Positions 8,922-16,522 of a stretch of DNA of 64,000 bases are shown here, in pieces; the first letter of the stretch is position 1, and the number at the start of each line of letters is the position of its first letter. A program made the translations under genes and the position numbers. The notes beneath the pieces are model-generated. The model was not told the DNA's origin and ran no database searches. It saw only the letters and a list, made by a program, of their open reading frames with translations. This stretch comes from Escherichia coli (GTDB taxonomy: Bacteria > Pseudomonadota > Gammaproteobacteria > Enterobacterales > Enterobacteriaceae): NCBI RefSeq assembly GCF_024223415.1, contig NZ_CP100500.1; one strand, written 5' to 3'.

Positions 8922-9451
8922 TGATCTATCCCCCAACAGGCTAATGCGCTTTCCTGGTCACGACGAATAACCTGTCCATAGCAGTTATTTGAACGGATAC
9001 GGCAGTCACGCCCACCATCCTTTATCCACCAGCGAATCGCCTCGCAGGCGCCTTTTCGATCACCGGCATTAAGCCGCTTATAAAACGTCGACGGGAAACA
9101 CTTACCGGGGCCAATGTTATAGGGACAGAATGACGCAATACCCGCTTTCTGTGGTTCGGTCAGAGGTACTTTAATATTGCGCTCCACCCATGCCAGTGCC
9201 TTATCACGTTCAATAGCGTTAACCTGGTCGCATTTTTCCTTCGACAGCTTCATTCCGGGAAAAACGGGTTTTCCATCCACCATCGTGGCACCCCGACAGA
9301 TGGTCCAGATGCCGGACCCATCGCGGTATGCCGTTGTGTGGTTACCCTCTTTTTCGTCCAGAAACTGATCAAGTATCTGAGGAGCAGATGCGCCAGCACC
9401 AATCAGCGCCAGAACGGCAGCCGACAGGCCGTATCTGATTTTTGCGTTCAT
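8918..9451 (-). CDS. SAR endolysin (T4-lysozyme-like GH24 muramidase with N-terminal signal-anchor-release segment)
   Basis: 177 aa; Gly/Ala-rich N-terminal segment [16 protein letters not shown]; E-x8-D-x5-T catalytic pattern ([16 protein letters not shown]). Confidence 0.88.
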
Positions 9452-9574
9452 GTATATTTATCAGGATCTAAAGGTTTATAACCCTGGATATATCAGGTAT
9501 ATAATCCAGTACCAGCATGTCTCATAAACATACCCGTTCAGGAAAACCAAACGACAACAGATGAGGCTTCAGAA

Positions 9575-9952
9575 ATGAACAGTAAAGAAAATTTGCGCAG
9601 TAGATTTTTGCAACTAATGACAGAAAAAGTTAAATCAGCGCTACTTCCACTTATGGTGGATAATAACGAAGCAACGAGCAGCATCCTTGCAGACCCTTAC
9701 GGTAAACTCTCGCATAAAACGCTGGATATTATTATGAGTGCATTAACACCCCGTATGCTTCAACACCTGAAACAAGATATTAACGCATGGGTGAATGAAG
9801 AATTGAGCCCCCCCTGTTCATGGGACAGACATTATGCATGGCAGCAAAAAATGAGGATTTTCAATTCATTATCACTAAAGTTCAGAGAACCGAAACAGCG
9901 TCCCTTCCCTCTGGAATCAGACAAAAAACAACCTGATCCCACAGGCCCGTAA
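9575..9952 (+). CDS. Hypothetical protein (125 aa), opposite-strand moron between holin and endolysin
   Basis: ATG ORF in visibly AT-rich segment; TATAAT-like hexamer upstream (~9508); no homolog recognised. Confidence 0.5.
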   Translation: MNSKENLRSRFLQLMTEKVKSALLPLMVDNNEATSSILADPYGKLSHKTLDIIMSALTPRMLQHLKQDINAWVNEELSPPCSWDRHYAWQQKMRIFNSLSLKFREPKQRPFPLESDKKQPDPTGP

Positions 9953-10108
9953 TATTTTGAATACCGTGATTATTGATATCACAATGAAAGCTATTCCGCA
10001 CAGTTATGCCCTGCTCCCCACGGGGCATGCCTCATGAAACGTTCCGGGCGTTTCATGTTCCCGGATTTTGTTAAAAGGTATATTATCCCCTCACTCCCGG
10101 GATATTCG

Positions 10109-10381
10109 TCATATTTCTTTTGGTGCCTTTTTCGCAATCTCAGCCACAGCATGTGCCGTAGCCGGAACATTACCGGCATTAGTTCGTTCCAGAATTTCGA
10201 GCAATATGCGGGTTCGTTTTTCCTGCTCCCGTTTGTTAAGGCGATAAGTAAGAACGCCAAGAATGATACTGAACGCCACGCCGATAATAAATCCCCAATC
10301 CTGCAGTGACAGGCTGGCAAAGAACGCAACAAGTCCTGCGCTGCCGTATGCAGCGTTACTGTATCGTTCGTCCATTCTCAT
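10109..10381 (-). CDS. Holin, pinholin-like (two TMDs, first SAR-like), dual-start MRM motif
   Basis: ATG at 10381 and 10375 (MRMDE); AAYGSAGLVAFFASLSL and WGFIIGVAFSIILGVLTY hydrophobic segments; immediately upstream of lysis genes. Confidence 0.75.
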   Translation of the reverse strand: MRMDERYSNAAYGSAGLVAFFASLSLQDWGFIIGVAFSIILGVLTYRLNKREQEKRTRILLEILERTNAGNVPATAHAVAEIAKKAPKEI

Positions 10382-10796
10382 AGTCCCTCACCTCCGCCAT
10401 CCGACATTACGGACGGCAGCAAGTCAGAATCTCGTTATAAAAAAGCCGCACGAAGAGGCTGTTTGTTCAGGTATTTTATCCAGTGCGCCGTAAAACCCCG
10501 ACCTTCAGGGTGTGGAGGATGTCAACATCAATAACTGACATTCTGCCCAAAGCTCCCGAAGATTCCCTTTGCACAATTTCACTGACCGGATCTCAGCACA
10601 AGCCACAGGGAATGGTCAGTGTGACGCTCTCTGTGGCCCCTCCTGAAAAGCCCTGTGGTTTAATCGCGACGGACCTGGCGCGGATATGAAGCAGGCCGTG
10701 AGCACGAGCCTGGAAATTTAGTGCCGACTACCGGAATTGAAGTGGTGGCCTGATGGTTACAACTAAACTGTTCTGCCGACTGAGGTAAGTCGGCAC

Positions 10797-10873
10797 TGGA
10801 CCGCCACCGGGGACTCGAACCTCGCACACTCAACTTAAAGGGTTGACGCTCTTTCCTGATGAGCTAGTGGCGG
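10797..10873 (-). tRNA. tRNA, identity uncertain (anticodon loop CCUUUAA reads UUU but has non-canonical C33; Lys- or Arg-like phage tRNA, possibly decayed)
   Basis: 77-nt cloverleaf: acceptor CCGCCAC/GTGGCGG, D-stem GCTC/GAGC, anticodon stem TCAAC/GTTGA, T-loop TTCGAGT, encoded CCA; 1 nt from neighbouring tRNA. Confidence 0.55.
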
Positions 10874-10874
10874 T

Positions 10875-10950
10875 TGGTGGCCCTTGCTGGATTTGAACCA
10901 GCGACCTGGCGATTATGAGTCGCTCGCTCTCACCACTGAGCTAAAGGGCC
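10875..10950 (-). tRNA. tRNA-Ile2-like (anticodon CAU; Met/Ile-lysidine type), phage-borne
   Basis: GGCCCTTTAGCTCAGTGGTGAGAGCGAGCGACTCATAATCGCCAGGTCGCTGGTTCAAATCCAGCAAGGGCCACCA closely resembles E. coli minor tRNA-Ile (CAU); between Q and lysis genes as in Stx-phage ileZ-argN-argO clusters. Confidence 0.8.
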
Positions 10951-11070
10951 GGGCGCAGGATAATAACGTTACGAAATCAATGTTGCAAGCATTCAAAAAT
11001 CACCTGGTTAAAAATCACCCTTAGCTCCTCCACCAGCGCATTCACCATGTCTATCCGAGATAAGTGGCAC

Positions 11071-11100
11071 AAAAAAACCCGCTTGTGGGCGGGTTTTGTT
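11071..11100 (-). terminator. Candidate tR-prime (Q-antiterminated late terminator); hairpin also terminator-like on plus strand
   Basis: Minus-strand CCCGCCCACAAGCGGG hairpin followed by UUUUUUU, ~60 nt downstream of Q stop. Confidence 0.55.
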
Positions 11101-11160
11101 TGCTTTTGCCATCACGTACAAAATCGGCAAAATATCAGATTTGCATGAAATATATGCCTT

Positions 11161-11850
11161 TCAATCTACTTTTGCAACACTTTGCTTTGAAAATGCCGCC
11201 TTTTGTTTTGAACGTGTTCTCATTACAAACAATAAAGCCTCACTATCCAGTCGGTGAAAAATGTGTTTCATTGCAACCCAGTGACGAGTAAATGTTTTGG
11301 ACCAGTTTTTAGTTGTCACTCCCGCCAGTAATGCCAGCTCCTGGTATTCATAACTTTCCCCACCAAAAAGTTCTGCTTTTACTGCCTGCGCCGCCAGCCA
11401 GATTAATTTTTTCAGGCGTTCCTGCGTTTTCCCTGCAATTTTTCTGGTACCTGATTGAGTATTAAATTCATTCCACGCCCACTGTGTTATCGCGATCTGA
11501 TATTCCCAACAAATACTCCCGCTGTAACTCCACAACAACCAGGCTTTATGATGTTCTTCAAGAGACAGAACAGCCCGCCGCCACGATGATGTCGAAAACT
11601 CAACCGGGCTGACCAGGGCAATTGATGAGCCTTTCGCCAGTGATTGTTTTCCCGGGATTGGTGGATTATCCCGCGTTATCATTTTTCCAGTCACTTCATC
11701 GCGGTACCGGATTTTTTTACGCCTGTAACGCCCTGTATCAAACATGGCATTCTCCTGCCAGGCCTCAAGCTGCCCTTTTGTTGATCCACTCAAATCGGCG
11801 GTGGCAATCATGAGTTGCTGACGAACAAACTGTAAATACTGGTTATTCAT
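11161..11850 (-). CDS. Late antiterminator Q (Phage_antitermQ-type, assigned mainly by position)
   Basis: ATG at 11850 overlaps rusA stop (ATGA); sits between rusA and tR-prime/tRNAs/lysis genes; family assignment by context and approximate recall. Confidence 0.6.
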   Translation of the reverse strand: MNNQYLQFVRQQLMIATADLSGSTKGQLEAWQENAMFDTGRYRRKKIRYRDEVTGKMITRDNPPIPGKQSLAKGSSIALVSPVEFSTSSWRRAVLSLEEHHKAWLLWSYSGSICWEYQIAITQWAWNEFNTQSGTRKIAGKTQERLKKLIWLAAQAVKAELFGGESYEYQELALLAGVTTKNWSKTFTRHWVAMKHIFHRLDSEALLFVMRTRSKQKAAFSKQSVAKVD

Positions 11851-12212
11851 GCGCACTCCAGTTCTGTGATTTTTATCCCCAACCGCCCACCAGGAACAAG
11901 CTGACCGCGCACAATATTAATTTCATCAAACTGCTCGTCGTCTATGAGCAGCCCAGCATGCGTCAGTGCATCCAGTGGTGCCTTCAGGATATTGTCCAGG
12001 TCACGACGGCGCTTATCCGGTGGCTCTGCAATAATTTTTATTGCCAGCCTTCCTGACAGGTTTAATTTCAGTCGCTGCTGGCGAACAATAAGCGCCACAT
12101 CACGGCGATAACGCTCACCGGCTTTTGATACAAAATATGTGCTGCCACGACGTCGCCAGTAGGTATTCACCGTCGGCGGGTAAGGCAAAACAAATTCTAT
12201 GCGTTCAGTCAT
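11847..12212 (-). CDS. rusA: Holliday junction resolvase RusA
   Basis: 121 aa; ERIEFVLPYPPTVNTYW...RDLDNILKAPLDAL RusA signature. Confidence 0.85.
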   Translation of the reverse strand: MTERIEFVLPYPPTVNTYWRRRGSTYFVSKAGERYRRDVALIVRQQRLKLNLSGRLAIKIIAEPPDKRRRDLDNILKAPLDALTHAGLLIDDEQFDEINIVRGQLVPGGRLGIKITELECA

Positions 12213-13268
12213 TCATGCTTTCCACTTCAGGACACCCGAATTTCTCGCGTGCATTAAAAAACGAATCAGCAACAACAGCTGGCTGCCGTGTTTTTCTTCA
12301 AAATCTTTTACCCCGGCGTGCAGTTCGTTATGACATTTACGGCACAGCGGAATAACAAACAAATCATCAGCCTTTGTTCCCATCCCTCCCAGTCCATGAC
12401 CAATGATGTGATGCGGATCATCTGCCTGATTACCGCACGTCATGCATTTCTGCGTTTTTACCCAGCGCGTGTATACAGGCATCTCTTCCCGTTGTGGTTT
12501 CTGGCGCTGGAGATACTGAGCCGGTGACTCCGGATCAACGGCAATGCTGACCACCGCCTCTTCCTGTGGCGGGTTTTGCTGGTGGGCGTGAGGCAGCGGC
12601 GCAAGATTTTTTGTGCGCTGCTTCAGTATGCTGGTGGCGGTCTGCTCTCCCGGTACGATGTCGCTTTCACGGTACATTGAGCGGATTTTTTCCGCACGCA
12701 ACCCCAGCGAACGACGTAATACCGCTTCCGGTAGCGCGTCCGCCACCTGATTGCGGACCGCCCACCAGGATAATTCAGCCAGAGATAATTCACGCTCCTG
12801 CGTACCGCTTATTGCGTGACCGATGACGTCAATCATCCATGCTGACAGGTTTTGATGAGCAAGTTGCTCGAGTGATTCGGATGTCTGGTCACGCAGCTGG
12901 TTGTCGCAGTGCCAGCACAACACCATCGCGCCGGTACCGTAACGATGTATGACGATTTCACTGTGATGATAGTCACCATGAGGCCACTGGCAGGATTTGA
13001 CATGACGCAACAGCCAGTCAGACAGTGCCCCAGCGCCGCCAACAGCACGAATCACCCGATCATCGCTGAAAAATGGCAGTAATGATTTATCCTCCGCCAG
13101 CGGCTGGCGAACGGCAGGGACGACTCCGGATGGCAGGCCGCACGTACTTTTCGGTTCCGGCTCCACCAGCACTCGAGGATTGTGAAATACCGGCATGGAT
13201 TCACGACCGGGCTTAAGGACCACCAGCCCGAGTTCCGGTACCAGAACAGGTCGAAGTAATACCCGCAC
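12213..13268 (-). CDS. DUF968-like phage protein with C-terminal HNH/zinc-finger-like motif
   Basis: 351 aa (GTG start; alternative ATG at 13196); C-terminus CMTCGNQADDPHHIIGHGLGGMG...PLCRKCHNELH. Confidence 0.55.
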   Translation of the reverse strand: MRVLLRPVLVPELGLVVLKPGRESMPVFHNPRVLVEPEPKSTCGLPSGVVPAVRQPLAEDKSLLPFFSDDRVIRAVGGAGALSDWLLRHVKSCQWPHGDYHHSEIVIHRYGTGAMVLCWHCDNQLRDQTSESLEQLAHQNLSAWMIDVIGHAISGTQERELSLAELSWWAVRNQVADALPEAVLRRSLGLRAEKIRSMYRESDIVPGEQTATSILKQRTKNLAPLPHAHQQNPPQEEAVVSIAVDPESPAQYLQRQKPQREEMPVYTRWVKTQKCMTCGNQADDPHHIIGHGLGGMGTKADDLFVIPLCRKCHNELHAGVKDFEEKHGSQLLLLIRFLMHARNSGVLKWKA

Positions 13269-13269
13269 G

Positions 13270-13542
13270 TTACCTCCAGATCCGTTGCTGGAATGTGCGG
13301 GACGGACGCGGTGGGCGTTCGGAGTAAGGAAGCCTGACGGAGATTATCCAGTGACGATAATCGAGGCTGAGGGCTTTCTTAATCTCGTATCCGTGTCTGC
13401 GGTAACACTGAATCAGCCATTCGGCCTGTTCTTCAGTGCATGGAGGGTGTTGGTACCAGTCGGTTTTAAATACGCGAGAACGCCGCCCATGCCTGCTGGC
13501 ACGAACGGCATCAGAATTGTGATTTTTGGTATTGTGCGCCAT
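13270..13542 (-). CDS. Hypothetical nin-region protein (90 aa from ATG 13542)
   Basis: ORF only; ORF-track start at 13623 is TTG. Confidence 0.4.
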   Translation of the reverse strand: MAHNTKNHNSDAVRASRHGRRSRVFKTDWYQHPPCTEEQAEWLIQCYRRHGYEIKKALSLDYRHWIISVRLPYSERPPRPSRTFQQRIWR

Positions 13543-13734
13543 TTGTTTTCTCTGCTGGCGCAGCAGGTGCCAGTTGTTCAGGCTAGCGTGCAGATTGTAA
13601 ACCAGAATTCCCGGAAAAAACAAAACTCGCTCAGGCTGGTATGCTAATCATCACAGTCATGTTTGATGGGGTTAGCTCACATTGGGTGAGGGTTCACGGC
13701 GTTTTCACTAATAATTTACCGTCCCCGCTATACA

Positions 13735-14127
13735 CTACTGCCCAGTTCTAACGAAGTTTTTGAAGGAAACAACTGCCTGATAGAGGTTTGGTTGACAGCC
13801 AAACATATTATCGCAAAAAGGCTGGATGAAAATTCTTGAGGATCCATCTTCATTTGGCATTTTACTCACTTGATAAGCGAGGAGTGGACTATTTGGTGAG
13901 GGGTTATAAGTGGAAATTAGCGTGTCTGTCGCCGTTTGAATTTTCCATGCGGAATTATTAGCCAACCAGAATTGCGCGCGTTTCCAATAAAAGTCACATT
14001 GCTTTTCATCTTTACATGTTAGTGGCTTCATTGCTTCTGCTTTCAACGCAGGATCGACCTTTGCTGCACACCCTCCCAACATTACTGTTGCAATCATTAC
14101 ACCTGCAACTAAAACAAGTTTCTTCAT
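13735..14127 (-). CDS. Hypothetical outer-membrane lipoprotein (moron), 130 aa
   Basis: MKKLVLVAGVMIATVMLGGC signal with lipobox LGGC, +2 Ala; four further Cys; visibly AT-rich segment bounded by hok terminator region. Confidence 0.6.
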   Translation of the reverse strand: MKKLVLVAGVMIATVMLGGCAAKVDPALKAEAMKPLTCKDEKQCDFYWKRAQFWLANNSAWKIQTATDTLISTYNPSPNSPLLAYQVSKMPNEDGSSRIFIQPFCDNMFGCQPNLYQAVVSFKNFVRTGQ

Positions 14128-14270
14128 CTCCCTGCCCCCATCAGTAAAAGTTCGGTTCTCTGATAACTAGAGTTAATCAACGGAAAAACGCCGAAGCGGG
14201 TTAAGTGTGGGTGCATTGAGGATGCCTGACTCATCAGAGGTGGCGAGGGATTTCTCCCTCGCCTGGTCTC

Positions 14271-14426
14271 TTACTCCTCAGGTTCGTAAGCTGTGAAGAC
14301 AGCGACCTCCGTCTGGCCGGTTCGGATTCGTACCTCGCAGAGGTCTTTCCTCGTTACCAGTGCCGTCACAATGACGGTAATACAGATGACGATCAGGGCG
14401 ACTAACATCGCCTTTTGCTGCTTCAT
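14271..14426 (-). CDS. Hok/Gef-family type I toxin (HokD/RelF-like)
   Basis: 51 aa MKQQKAMLVALIVICITVIVTALVTRKDLCEVRIRTGQTEVAVFTAYEPEE matches Hok family; in-frame upstream ATG at 14483 also present. Confidence 0.8.
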   Translation of the reverse strand: MKQQKAMLVALIVICITVIVTALVTRKDLCEVRIRTGQTEVAVFTAYEPEE

Positions 14427-14637
14427 AGCCTGCTTCTCCTTGCCTTTCGGCACGTAAGAGGCTAACCTAGATTTGCCGTTCATAGATTGAGCCTCAGATT
14501 AATGTTAAGCGTCTTGCCGGACGCGTAATGTTAACTGGGGCTTTTCTCTATCTGCCTTTTGGGGTTCATGCCTGAGACAGATAGCCTCAAGCACCCGCTG
14601 CAATTCTACTTAACTCTCCTTTTCCCGCAAACCATTT
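14427..14637 (-). promoter_or_regulatory. hok mRNA leader; expected location of antisense Sok-like RNA (plus strand) and mok-like reading frame
   Basis: By analogy with hok/sok loci; GGCGAGGGA-TTTC-TCCCTCGCC hairpin just 3-prime of hok at 14233-14254; exact sok ends not determinable. Confidence 0.3.
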
Positions 14638-14721
14638 TTATCCCCAGCGGCAAATCGAATACACCACCAGCGCCACCGCCATCGCAATTCCTACCGTTGT
14701 GAATGCTTCAGGCCAGGTCAT
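14638..14721 (-). CDS. Small hydrophobic peptide (27 aa, MTWPEAFTTVGIAMAVALVVYSICRWG), translationally coupled to upstream gene
   Basis: ATG overlaps TGA of 14718-15233 gene (ATGA); single predicted TM helix; not in ORF track (under 60 aa). Confidence 0.35.
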   Translation of the reverse strand: MTWPEAFTTVGIAMAVALVVYSICRWG

Positions 14722-15233
14722 CGTAAAATATCCTCCGCGCTTATCAGTCCATTTCGTTTCAGGTAATCCATCGCCTTCTCCGGTAATTTGCAGTCCGGCT
14801 GAGCTTTTTTCAGTTGACTGACCAGTCGTTTAACCCACATTGTTAATTCGCCAACCTGATTACTGGATGCCAGTGGATTGTCGGCTTTACCCAGAATGAC
14901 AGCACAGCAGGCCTCTTTGAGCACCCAATCAACAGCATCTTTCCATGCTCCTGTTTCGACTGGTGGATTCTCACGCTTTACCTGTTCATAAAAGCGCACG
15001 GCTTTAACCAGTCCTTCTGATGTCACCGGGACTGACGGGGCAGTGAATAAGGCCTGAATCTCATAGCTCGGCCTGTCGTTGCAATCCTCTTTTGTCGGTA
15101 CATATTTCCAGTCACCAACCCACATCTTCTCCTGAAAGTCCGTAACGCCTTTTTTCACGTAGCGATATCGCCATACAACTGGTTTTGCCTGCCCTGCCGT
15201 TTCATGCCCTTCCTGATAATTAATCTCGCTCAT
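14718..15233 (-). CDS. Hypothetical protein (171 aa)
   Basis: ATG start overlaps stop of upstream small acidic ORF (ATGA); no homolog recognised. Confidence 0.55.
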   Translation of the reverse strand: MSEINYQEGHETAGQAKPVVWRYRYVKKGVTDFQEKMWVGDWKYVPTKEDCNDRPSYEIQALFTAPSVPVTSEGLVKAVRFYEQVKRENPPVETGAWKDAVDWVLKEACCAVILGKADNPLASSNQVGELTMWVKRLVSQLKKAQPDCKLPEKAMDYLKRNGLISAEDILR

Positions 15234-15406
15234 TCATCGGCCCACTCATCACAATATGCTTCGACCGGAGTTTTTCCTGCTTCGTAGTCATCACGCCAGG
15301 CTTCAGCATCAGCAGCACTTCCACCACGTAACTCTGCATAATCCATTAACAGTTCATTCCATTCTTCAAAACTGACGTTGTATTTAGTTGAACCAAAACC
15401 AGCCAT
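15230..15406 (-). CDS. Hypothetical small acidic protein (58 aa)
   Basis: ATG at 15406; MAGFGSTKYNVSFEEWNELLMDYAELRGGSAADAEAWRDDYEAGKTPVEAYCDEWADE; stop overlaps next ATG. Confidence 0.4.
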   Translation of the reverse strand: MAGFGSTKYNVSFEEWNELLMDYAELRGGSAADAEAWRDDYEAGKTPVEAYCDEWADE

Positions 15407-15581
15407 TTTGTTCTTCCTCTTCGTCTTTTATTTCGTGATATGAGTAATTGCAGTAGTTAAAGAAAATTTCTTTTGCTTCGTCATGAATTTCATCAGGTGT
15501 TGCGTCATCGTCCACTTCGAATACATCCTCAAAATCTCCACCAGCTATTCCCGTTTCAATAATTATTTTGAACTTTCGCAT
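15384..15581 (-). CDS. Hypothetical small acidic protein (65 aa)
   Basis: ATG ORF; strongly acidic; overlaps next ORF start. Confidence 0.4.
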   Translation of the reverse strand: MRKFKIIIETGIAGGDFEDVFEVDDDATPDEIHDEAKEIFFNYCNYSYHEIKDEEEEQNGWFWFN

Positions 15582-15674
15582 TTCACTACCGCCCTTTCGG
15601 GTGGCCTCCTGCTGTTCTGAGGGTGCAGAAATCCCTACGGTTAAGGATTAAATTTTTAACAGTGCTAAATTTAA

Positions 15675-16031
15675 TTATTCAGTTCTTGATTTTGCCGCCC
15701 TGCGTATCCGCGCTTTCGCGTTACGCTCAATATGAATTAGCTTTTCTATATTTTTTCGCCTTTCCCGTTCCTCCTGGCGCAAGAGCCTTACATCATCTGC
15801 CAGTCTGGTTTCTCTTTTCGCCACAGAGAGCATCCAGTCAAATGGCTCCACAACTGCACCGCAGATTTTACAGCGGACCTGACGCTCTTTTTCGTCAACC
15901 CGGACAGAGGCGTGATGACAATATGGTCTTTCCGATGGCTCATAAAGAAAATTAACCTGATTACGTGGGTCATCCTCTTTTACCGGAAATAAAACAATAT
16001 TACTTAACTCATCTTCTGGTTTTATTTCCAT
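15675..16031 (-). CDS. Hypothetical zinc-finger-like protein with basic C-terminal helix (118 aa)
   Basis: CHH...CKIC motif; C-terminal Arg/Lys-rich heptad-like segment. Confidence 0.5.
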   Translation of the reverse strand: MEIKPEDELSNIVLFPVKEDDPRNQVNFLYEPSERPYCHHASVRVDEKERQVRCKICGAVVEPFDWMLSVAKRETRLADDVRLLRQEERERRKNIEKLIHIERNAKARIRRAAKSRTE

Positions 16032-16084
16032 GCTCCTCTCCTTTGATGCGAATGCCAGCGATAATTGAAGCCTGATAGCTAATT

Positions 16085-16507
16085 TTACTCACAGCCCCCC
16101 TGATAATTTCCCTGATAAAACGCCAGCACGCGCTGCATAACTTCGCTCTTCCTGCACTCGCAACAGATTATGTTCTGACGCCTGTCGTAGCGGCGTATTT
16201 CTCCGTCTGGTAATGACCAGATAAGGTCAGGATCAACCACAACCGGTTTTTTCACCTTTGCCCTGGATAGTTTTTTGCGGGCATTTTGCCAGTCCTTACG
16301 AGCCTGTTCAGACGGGAATAACCCGTAACCAGAGTTGTATACATCACCACTGGCAACCAGCTCTCTGGCAAGAACGCTCAGCAGATATCTTGTCGCACCT
16401 GTTTTCGCTTCCTGTTGTCGTAACGTCTCGCGCGCACTCCGGCGTACCAGCTCAACAACCTGCCCTTTAATTTTTTCCCGCTCTTCTTGTGTAAATACTT
16501 TTGCCAT
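16085..16507 (-). CDS. Hypothetical nin-region protein (140 aa from ATG 16507)
   Basis: ORF-track start 16522 is TTG overlapping upstream stop; ATG 15 nt downstream. Confidence 0.5.
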   Translation of the reverse strand: MAKVFTQEEREKIKGQVVELVRRSARETLRQQEAKTGATRYLLSVLARELVASGDVYNSGYGLFPSEQARKDWQNARKKLSRAKVKKPVVVDPDLIWSLPDGEIRRYDRRQNIICCECRKSEVMQRVLAFYQGNYQGGCE

Positions 16508-16522
16508 AAGCGCCTCCGGCAA

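Noticed and set aside
10483-10689. Plus-strand 68-aa ORF between tRNAs and holin
   Set aside because: Lies in the leader of the minus-strand late transcript; no RBS or recognisable features.
10382-10720. Possible Shiga-toxin or other toxin cargo in the Q-tRNA-S slot
   Set aside because: Only ~340 bp of non-coding DNA lies between the tRNA array and the holin; no stxA/stxB-sized ORFs.
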